Both the position numbers and the translations under genes were made by a program. The notes beneath the pieces were generated by a model. The model was given only the letters and a program-made list of their open reading frames with translations, was not told the origin of the DNA and did not search any database. 64,000 nucleotides of DNA from a virus: IMG/VR virus record IMGVR_UViG_3300028844_003737, positions 1-64,000 of that record. One strand, 5' to 3'. Positions 56,563-64,000 of this stretch are shown here, piece by piece. Positions within the stretch are counted from its first letter, which is position 1; the number at the start of each line of letters is the position of its first letter.

Positions 56563-59500
56563 AAAAAGAAACTGTTGTAAAAGTTCCTTTTCGTAAACTA
56601 AAACACATCCACCATATTTCAGATATACAGATTCGTAATCTAAAGCGACACAAAGAGTATGAACAAGTATTTGAAAGAACATACGAAGAAGTAAGAAAAA
56701 ATAAAGATAATGCCGTAGTCTATATCGGTGGTGATATAGCTCATTCAAAAACCGAAATGTCACCTGAATTAGTCGACCAGTTATCTAGATTATTTAAAAA
56801 TCTCGCAGACATCTGCCCTACAATATTGATTGCTGGTAATCACGATTGTAATTTAAATAATATGTCTAGAATGGATGTCCTTTCTCCAATCGTAAATAAT
56901 TTACGCCATCCCAATTTACATTACCTCAAACGTAGTGGAATCTACAAATGTGCTGATGTAAAATTTGTCGTATGGGATGTATGGGAAAAGGAAGATGACT
57001 ATATTGAGGCTAAAGATGTTGAAGGTGAAACAAAAATAGTTCTCTTTCACGGAACAGTGGATAAGTCAGAAACAGACTTGGGTTTTCATTTACCATCTGA
57101 TGTGAAAATATCTAAGTTCAAAGGTTATGATTTGGGGCTGCTTGGAGATATCCACAAAAGACAGCACCTAGATAAAAAAGAAACTATATCCTATTGTGGT
57201 AGTTTGGTTCAACAGAACCACGGAGAAGGACTTTCGCATGGTTATTTATTATGGGATGTAGCAAAGAGAACATCTGAGTACATAGAAATACCGAATGACT
57301 ACGGCTATTATACAATTGATATTGAAGATGGTAAGGTGCCTGATTGTCACGATATACCTAAGAAGGCTCGATTGAGAGTTAGGGTATCTAACACCACACC
57401 ATCACAGCTAAAGAAAGCTATGACTTTGATTCATAGTACTTATGGTGTAAAGGAAGTATCTATTACAAAAACAGATTCTCTAACATCACAAGACAAAGTC
57501 AGAGGACAACATATAGCAGTAGGTAATGTGAGAGATGCTGACTATCAGTATGGATTGATAGAAGAGTATTTGAAAACAAATCATTATGTAGATGATAATA
57601 CTTTACTTGATATCAAAAAAATAAATAAAGAACTAAACACGATACTTCCAGCAGACAATGTTCAGAGAGGTGTGACTTGGGAAGTAAAAAAGTTTGAATT
57701 TTCAAATATGTTTTCATACGGAGAAGATAATGTAGTTGACTTCACCAAACTAAATGGTATCGTAGGTATATTTGCTCCAAATGCTAGTGGTAAATCTTCT
57801 TTATTAGATGCTCTTTCGTTTTGTTTATTTGACACATCATCTAGAGCTTATAAAGCTCTCAATGTTTTGAATAGTAAAAAGAGTACTTTCTATTGTAAAG
57901 CTACAATTGAAGTTGATGGTTGTGAATATTATATTGAAAGAAAAGCTAAAAAGTTAAGAAGTGGTCACGTAAAAGTTGATGTAGACTTTTGGACAACTGA
58001 TGATGCTGGTGATAAACTTTCTATGAACGGAGACCAAAGACGAACTACTGATGTAAACATTCGTAAGGTTATTGGAACTTATGATGACTTTATAATGACA
58101 GCACTTTCTCTACAAACAAACTCAACTGTATTTATTGACAAGACACAAAAAGAAAGAAAAGACTTGCTTGCACAATTTATGGGTATTGGTGTATTTGACC
58201 AACTTTATAATTTAGCTGCTGACGAAATATCTGATGTGAGTTCTCTACTAAAATCTTTTAAGAATAATAACTATGATAGAGAATTAGCAGATATAAAAGA
58301 ATCTTTAGTTGATTTTAGAGCTAATTCAAGATCTTTATCTAAAGAAAAAAATGAAAACATTATTGATAAAAAAGAAGTAGATAAGTCAATAATATCATTG
58401 ACAAAGAAACTAAAGAAAGTAGACACATCAGCTTTAAATATTTCTGAGTTAGAAGAAGAAAAGGCTAAATTATCATCTGAGTTAGATAACGCTAATGATA
58501 AAGTTGGGAAGTTGAAAACTCTATCAGAACAATACAAGGTAGAAGAGACAGAACTAAACGAAAAGATAAGCATCTATAAAGAAAATGAGATTGATAAAAA
58601 GTTTGCCCAATTGGAACAGTATACTTTAGAAAAGGGTAACAATCAAATTGAAATAGATAAACTAAAAATAGAAGTACATAACAAACTTGACAAAATAAAT
58701 AAATTAGGTAATTTAGAATATGATCCTGATTGTTCTTATTGTATGAGTAATCCATTTACGTTGGATGCTATGGAAACTGAAAAGAAATTGAATCAAGATA
58801 AAAAATTAGCTGATAAATTTATCAAAGAATCAGATAAATTAGAAACTATAATAAATGGTCTTTCTCATATAACATCACATAAACAGCAAATGGATGAGTG
58901 TATACAGCAATTTAGTTTACTAACTTCTAATATCAGTAAAGTAGATAGTGACGAAAAGTTGACTATTGAAAGAAAGAAAAATCTAATTAGCCAATTAGCA
59001 ATTACAGAAGATAAAATAAACTTATATCACGAACAAGAAAAAGATATACAATATAATATTGGTTTACAAAAAGAAATAGAAGCTATAGAATTGGAATCGG
59101 AAGAGTTAGAACATACTATAGAAGAGTTGGATAAAAAATTACAATCTGTAAATGGTGAGATAAAGGTATTAGAAACTAATCGTAAAAATATATTATCTAA
59201 TATCAAAAAGGTAGAGGAATTAGAAGATAAGTATGCTGCTTATCAATATTATATGGATGCTGTAAAAAGAGATGGTATTCCATATGAGTTGATATCAAAA
59301 GCACTTCCAACAATTGAGGGTGCTGTAAATGATATCCTATCTCAAATTGTAGACTTTTCTATGATATTAGAAATGGATGGTAAAAATATAAATTGCTATA
59401 TAGTATATGATGATGATAATGTATGGCCTTTAGAACTATCTAGCGGTATGGAACGATTTATATCATCTTTAGCTATGCGTGTGGGATTGATAAATGTATC

Positions 59501-59714
59501 TAACCTACCAGCACCTAACTTCTTAGCAATCGATGAAGGTTGGGGAACTATGGATTCGGATAATCTAAATTCTGTTTATAATCTATTTCAGTATCTAAAG
59601 TCGCAATTTCAATTTACAATGATTGTATCTCATATAGATTCTATGAGAGATGCTGTAGATACCTTATTAGAAATAAAAAAAGAAAATACCTTTTCTAACG
59701 TGCATTTCGACTAG
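56559..59714 (+). CDS. Fused SbcD/Mre11 nuclease - SbcC/Rad50 ATPase (gp47-gp46 fusion)
   Basis: HISDIQ, GGD, GNHD, GDIH; APNASGKSS, CSYC hook, SSGME, IDEG, SH. Confidence 0.9.
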   Translation: MKKETVVKVPFRKLKHIHHISDIQIRNLKRHKEYEQVFERTYEEVRKNKDNAVVYIGGDIAHSKTEMSPELVDQLSRLFKNLADICPTILIAGNHDCNLNNMSRMDVLSPIVNNLRHPNLHYLKRSGIYKCADVKFVVWDVWEKEDDYIEAKDVEGETKIVLFHGTVDKSETDLGFHLPSDVKISKFKGYDLGLLGDIHKRQHLDKKETISYCGSLVQQNHGEGLSHGYLLWDVAKRTSEYIEIPNDYGYYTIDIEDGKVPDCHDIPKKARLRVRVSNTTPSQLKKAMTLIHSTYGVKEVSITKTDSLTSQDKVRGQHIAVGNVRDADYQYGLIEEYLKTNHYVDDNTLLDIKKINKELNTILPADNVQRGVTWEVKKFEFSNMFSYGEDNVVDFTKLNGIVGIFAPNASGKSSLLDALSFCLFDTSSRAYKALNVLNSKKSTFYCKATIEVDGCEYYIERKAKKLRSGHVKVDVDFWTTDDAGDKLSMNGDQRRTTDVNIRKVIGTYDDFIMTALSLQTNSTVFIDKTQKERKDLLAQFMGIGVFDQLYNLAADEISDVSSLLKSFKNNNYDRELADIKESLVDFRANSRSLSKEKNENIIDKKEVDKSIISLTKKLKKVDTSALNISELEEEKAKLSSELDNANDKVGKLKTLSEQYKVEETELNEKISIYKENEIDKKFAQLEQYTLEKGNNQIEIDKLKIEVHNKLDKINKLGNLEYDPDCSYCMSNPFTLDAMETEKKLNQDKKLADKFIKESDKLETIINGLSHITSHKQQMDECIQQFSLLTSNISKVDSDEKLTIERKKNLISQLAITEDKINLYHEQEKDIQYNIGLQKEIEAIELESEELEHTIEELDKKLQSVNGEIKVLETNRKNILSNIKKVEELEDKYAAYQYYMDAVKRDGIPYELISKALPTIEGAVNDILSQIVDFSMILEMDGKNINCYIVYDDDNVWPLELSSGMERFISSLAMRVGLINVSNLPAPNFLAIDEGWGTMDSDNLNSVYNLFQYLKSQFQFTMIVSHIDSMRDAVDTLLEIKKENTFSNVHFD

Positions 59715-59871
59715 ACGAATACATTATATTTTTTGGTTTAGTTTCACCACGCTTTAGACTTAGTATATACTGATTCAAAATAGCACTCATACTAGTACTT
59801 TCTCCTTTAGCATAGACTCTAAGCCATTCCATTAGTGATTCTTCTATAGTAAAAGAATATTTCTTTTTCAT
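59695..59871 (-). CDS. Ribbon-helix-helix (CopG-like) DNA-binding protein, 58 aa
   Basis: MKKKYSFTIEESLMEWLRVYAKGESTSMSAILNQYI; AAGGAG RBS on the - strand; absent from the ORF track. Confidence 0.75.
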   Translation of the reverse strand: MKKKYSFTIEESLMEWLRVYAKGESTSMSAILNQYILSLKRGETKPKNIMYSSSRNAR

Positions 59872-59952
59872 ACCGATAATCTCCTTAGTTTGTATATATA
59901 ATAAATACTATTTTTTTAAGATTTTATATTTATTACTATATCGGAAAACTGA

Positions 59953-62900
59953 ATGAGCATTACTAAAAAATACAACAAACCCCACGAATTAGATGAATTA
60001 GATGTATTGATTGATGATAGAGATAAATCTCAACACATCATCATTACTGATATGCCTGAGAGTCTCCCACAAGGAAAGAGTTCTTTTCTTATAGAGACAG
60101 GTCCTTATATGAAGGATGGTGTAGAAATTCTTATAGACTTCATTGATTCAGAAGGAAACTCAATTTATTCAGAACCTATATCAGAATATCTTGAAGGAAC
60201 TTCTAGAAGAATAACAGTAGAAATATACGATGATACTGCTCCTGGCGTTGCTAATCTGATAATTGTAGGTGAGTTAGATTCTGTACCTACTGATCTTGGA
60301 TTATTTAGTGATGTCGAAGAAGTACCTGATGAGTTCAAAGGTGCTTATAATGTTAGATTGACTCGTGAGGTCATAATAAATTCAGCTGCTGTAAATACAC
60401 AGCCTATTAGATTTTGGAATGCTCCTAAAATATCAATAGCTGAAAAAAGATTTGGTACATTAGTTAGAACCGAAACTACTAGCTCTATATCAACACCATC
60501 GTTTACAATAGAAGGTAGACCAACCGATGGATTTGAATTCAAAGAGATATCACAAAACGAGCCAGCACAAGGTTCAATTGCTGAACAAGATAAAATATTA
60601 GAAGATTTTAAACCAGTAGATAAAACAAGAGAAATTACAAAGCAAAGAAAAAAACTAAAATCAAAAAAAGGAAAACGAAAGTCAAAATTTGGTAGACGAA
60701 TTGGTCAGATTTCTAAAAGAAGCTCTCCTGAAGAATTTCCATATAGCTATAAAAGTGATGGTAAATTTCTAAGTAAACATATAGGCGGTAAGCTGGTATT
60801 TGATAGTATAGATACTAGTATTTATAGTGATGAACAACTAAAAGAATATGGGATTGAAGTTCCATCTCTAACCAACAAGCATACAAGTTCTTTAGACGAA
60901 GTAATAAATTCAAGTACATCACTTGTCTCAAAACCATTTTCAGTACCTGCTGTTGGTAGAGAAAGTAGTGAAATAATCTTACCATTCAAAGGTACTGCTC
61001 ATATAGAATTTGAGGCCGAACCAACACAATCTTATAATGTTGCGAACATCATATCTTATGCTGATGTAACATTGAGCAACCTCAGAGTATTTTCAGGCGA
61101 TGTATATAAAGCAAAGGTTATGGTTAGAAGTGAGGGTTCTTTTGATGATTTCAAAACTTTAGCAGAAATGCCAGTAGAATCATCTGAGTTGTTAGTGGAT
61201 AAAACTTCAATCGGTGAGGGAATAAGAACTGGATATTTTGAGAATATAGCAGACATCACTAATTATTGGGAAAAGTTCGGTGGTACGAATGGTACACAAT
61301 CAAGCACATCTGAAGTATTTACATATGATAATGATGTATTATTAGACGCAGTTTATCTTTCAGGAAGCTTAGATACCTTTGGTAATCAATTAAGGTTTCA
61401 ACAAAAAAGTGATTATAAATTTAACTTGGTTGCTGGTTTAGATTATACTATATCATTTATTGCTTGTGGTAAAAAGGGTATAAGTAATACAGCAACATTG
61501 CTTCCCTACATTTCAGGTTCATCATCATACCAAAAGACAAATCAACAATTCATTGATGAGACATCTCAGACTGTATTAGAAGAACCTGCTCAATATGGTA
61601 GAAGGTTGGGAAGCTTGGAAATGAATAGTAGTGATGATACTGAAAAAGATTTTGGTTTAGTAAAACATCAATTTACTGCTGATAAAGATGGTGATGCTAT
61701 TTTACAATTTAGAGTTCTTGATGGTTCTTGGTACATATCTGATGTGTCTATAAAACCATCTCAAGATACTGGATTCTCCCCGTCTCTATTTCAGTTCTTA
61801 CAAGAAATGCCAAAAGAGTATCAACATAAAAGACCCGAAACTTTTGAATTTTTAGTAGAGTTTTATGATGCTAATAATAATATTGCTGATTCTATTGCAT
61901 TCAATACCGGCTCTGTATTCGATGGAAGTAATATAGTAATAAGCGGTAACGATAATATTCAAAGTGGTGATATGTTTTTAGGTGGGGATACTACTGGAAG
62001 TGGTATACATTTTGGAGGAGTGGATTCAAAGCTACCTGAAACAGGCGGAGATGGAGCAGAAGGCTCAGGCTTTATTCGTTCTATAGGATATCAAGGATTT
62101 ACAAGTGCTTCAAATGATTCACTTGGTGGAACTGCTGGATTTATGATTTACAGTGGTTCTGTTTTACCAGATAGTGGAGAAAACTATGCTGGTGTTGGTT
62201 TAGAATTAGTTGCTAAAAGTGGTTCTTTAAAATTCAGAACGAATCCATCAGTATTTGATGTTAGGGCTGACTCATTTTTCGTAGGAAAAACTACCACACA
62301 ATTCCTAAGTGGTTCAGGTGGAAATGTGGAAATAAGTTCGAGTAACTTTCACCTAACGCCTGAAGGTAATGTTACTATGAGTGGTACAATTACTGCTGAG
62401 GCTGGATTTTTAGGAAACTTTTCAATAGACGATGGCAGAATTAGTGGTAGTAATATTACTATGGATGCTAATAACTCGACTATATTCAAATCAGACCAAG
62501 GTCCAGGTAGTGATTCTTCAGCTGCTTTTCCTGAGTTACGAAACGAATATTATTTAGATTTCTCTCCTACAGTAGAAAATCCTGATAACTTTTTTGTAAA
62601 ATTTGGTCCTAACTTTATGGTTGATAAAGATGGAATTCTTATTGCTAGTGGCGCTCAATTTGAGGGAAGTATAACTGCTAGTAGTGGAATGATAGGTGGA
62701 TTTCAAATAAGTAGTGCTTCTTTATTTTCTGATAATTTTTTTATAAGTGGTTCTGCTACTGGTAATGACAAATTTATATCTACAAGTAATTTTAATGTAA
62801 AGGCGAGTGGGGATATTACAGGCTCTAAAGTTCTCTTTACTGGTGGTAAGATTGCTGGATTTGATATTAGTGGAACTAAGTTACAACAAGGAACATCATT

Positions 62901-64000
62901 CAATTTAGATGGTGCTTCTAGTGCTACATACTTTATATCATCTTCTAATTTTCAAGTTACTCCAAGCGGAGAAGTAAGTGGTTCAGAGGTTCTTTTTACT
63001 GGTGGTAAAATAGGTGGATTTGTAGTAGGCTCCGGCTCACTAAAAAATATTGAAAATTCAATAGAATTAGATAGTGCTTTGCCTGGATTTAGAGTAAGAG
63101 ATGGTGGTGGTACAAGTAGAGTAGAAGTAAAATCTGGTTCATTATCAACTGTTGGTGGTGGCGCACAATATATAGGTAATAAAAGTTTTGAGGATGATTC
63201 CATATCTGCTGGTAGAAATGTAGTAGCAACTGCCACAAGTTGGTCTTTTGCTCTTACTGGAAAGGTTAGTGCTAGTCTAACTGATAGAAGTGGATTTGCT
63301 GATGATGATAAAGCAGTAAGTGGTGACAATACTCTTGATATGGTTGTACCTGCTGGAGCTGCTAGTTATGCTTCGAACAACCAATATGAAATAACACAGG
63401 TTATAACTTCATCTTTTACAGCTGGCGATGTACTTTCATTTAGTTCTGTTGCTCGTTTTAGTTCATCATTTGGTGGTAGAGGAAAGGACAGAGCATTAGG
63501 TCCTCAGTATTTTAGATTAGAATATTATAATGGTTCTACATATGTTCCGTTTTTACCACAAGCAAACTTTACTTCTTCAAATGGATTTGGAGAATACTTT
63601 TTAGGTAGTGGACAATACAATAGTTTTGGTGCTAGTGCTGAGTTACCAGCAGATGCCACCTTTGTAAAAGTTAGATTGAGTGGTTCTATAAATGATGATA
63701 CTGGATTTACTATTGAAAAGCCATTGTTTGTCGGTGCTAAAGGAACTGTAGATTCTTCACTTAGTGGGAAAAAATTTAAAAAGACAGTAAAGGGAAGTGC
63801 TACAGCAGAGTTTCCTGAAACAGAACTTACTTGGGATAACTTTTCGGTTCGTAGTAATAGAAGAAGAGTAGAACTTACAGACCAAGGTTTATTAATTTAT
63901 AATTCAGAAGATAGTTTCTTCAAAATGGATTCTACTGGTATTGAGTATAGAGGTGGAAGTGGCTTGGCTAGTTTCGGGCAATCTATAAACAGAGAATCAT
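59953..64000 (+). CDS. Large virion structural (tail/baseplate/fibre) protein, runs off the window end
   Basis: Frame from MSITKKYNK appears open to the end (spot-checked); ISGS/SSNF/GGKIGGF beta-repeats. Confidence 0.75.
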   Translation, partial: MSITKKYNKPHELDELDVLIDDRDKSQHIIITDMPESLPQGKSSFLIETGPYMKDGVEILIDFIDSEGNSIYSEPISEYLEGTSRRITVEIYDDTAPGVANLIIVGELDSVPTDLGLFSDVEEVPDEFKGAYNVRLTREVIINSAAVNTQPIRFWNAPKISIAEKRFGTLVRTETTSSISTPSFTIEGRPTDGFEFKEISQNEPAQGSIAEQDKILEDFKPVDKTREITKQRKKLKSKKGKRKSKFGRRIGQISKRSSPEEFPYSYKSDGKFLSKHIGGKLVFDSIDTSIYSDEQLKEYGIEVPSLTNKHTSSLDEVINSSTSLVSKPFSVPAVGRESSEIILPFKGTAHIEFEAEPTQSYNVANIISYADVTLSNLRVFSGDVYKAKVMVRSEGSFDDFKTLAEMPVESSELLVDKTSIGEGIRTGYFENIADITNYWEKFGGTNGTQSSTSEVFTYDNDVLLDAVYLSGSLDTFGNQLRFQQKSDYKFNLVAGLDYTISFIACGKKGISNTATLLPYISGSSSYQKTNQQFIDETSQTVLEEPAQYGRRLGSLEMNSSDDTEKDFGLVKHQFTADKDGDAILQFRVLDGSWYISDVSIKPSQDTGFSPSLFQFLQEMPKEYQHKRPETFEFLVEFYDANNNIADSIAFNTGSVFDGSNIVISGNDNIQSGDMFLGGDTTGSGIHFGGVDSKLPETGGDGAEGSGFIRSIGYQGFTSASNDSLGGTAGFMIYSGSVLPDSGENYAGVGLELVAKSGSLKFRTNPSVFDVRADSFFVGKTTTQFLSGSGGNVEISSSNFHLTPEGNVTMSGTITAEAGFLGNFSIDDGRISGSNITMDANNSTIFKSDQGPGSDSSAAFPELRNEYYLDFSPTVENPDNFFVKFGPNFMVDKDGILIASGAQFEGSITASSGMIGGFQISSASLFSDNFFISGSATGNDKFISTSNFNVKASGDITGSKVLFTGGKIAGFDISGTKLQQGTSFNLDGASSATYFISSSNFQVTPSGEVSGSEVLFTGGKIGGFVVGSGSLKNIENSIELDSALPGFRVRDGGGTSRVEVKSGSLSTVGGGAQYIGNKSFEDDSISAGRNVVATATSWSFALTGKVSASLTDRSGFADDDKAVSGDNTLDMVVPAGAASYASNNQYEITQVITSSFTAGDVLSFSSVARFSSSFGGRGKDRALGPQYFRLEYYNGSTYVPFLPQANFTSSNGFGEYFLGSGQYNSFGASAELPADATFVKVRLSGSINDDTGFTIEKPLFVGAKGTVDSSLSGKKFKKTVKGSATAEFPETELTWDNFSVRSNRRRVELTDQGLLIYNSEDSFFKMDSTGIEYRGGSGLASFGQSINRES

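Noticed and set aside
2194-63329. Numerous minus-strand ORFs in the supplied track
   Set aside because: They are antisense shadows of well-supported + strand genes, with Ser/Leu/Phe-rich composition and no RBS or motifs
1-64000. CRISPR array, reverse transcriptase/DGR, integrase, transposase, introns or inteins
   Set aside because: No regularly spaced repeats or diagnostic motifs seen; the repeated elements found are dispersed promoters
1-64000. Stop-codon reassignment, as in some large phages
   Set aside because: Long intact ORFs in the standard code; TAA, TAG and TGA all end genes at sensible boundaries

Overview
This window is a 64-kb segment of a large, AT-rich, T4-like (myovirus/jumbo-type) bacteriophage genome, probably marine. 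Coding is almost entirely on the + strand in the standard genetic code. In order: (1) putative head-internal proteins sharing an M(I/V)KLKxLLxE leader, a radical SAM enzyme and PhoH; (2) a host-envelope island with a beta-barrel-like protein, a lipoprotein, an MshEN-TM protein, a minimal MscS and two type IV pilins behind a sigma54/IHF-like promoter; (3) a ~420-nt structured ncRNA, possibly ROOL-like; (4) modules behind a repeated sigma70-like promoter (TTGWNW-N17-TAGCTT), including a vWA/HEXXH protein and a MoxR AAA+ ATPase; (5) a lysis cassette with a Popeye/cNMP-binding membrane protein between a holin-like gene and a GH108 endolysin; (6) Hsp20, peptide deformylase, a HAD phosphatase and UvdE; (7) tRNA-Ala(UGC), a very unusual tRNA-Gly(ACC), a PvuII-like nuclease, DUF4338, a DNA methyltransferase, an HNH-helicase, a glycosyltransferase and an HD hydrolase; (8) a gp55-like late sigma factor, with an ATATTTAT motif upstream of many genes; (9) baseplate/tail genes; (10) a candidate origin, resolvase, primase, a fused SbcD-SbcC, and a large structural gene running off the end. 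All family assignments come from motif recognition by eye. No searches were run.
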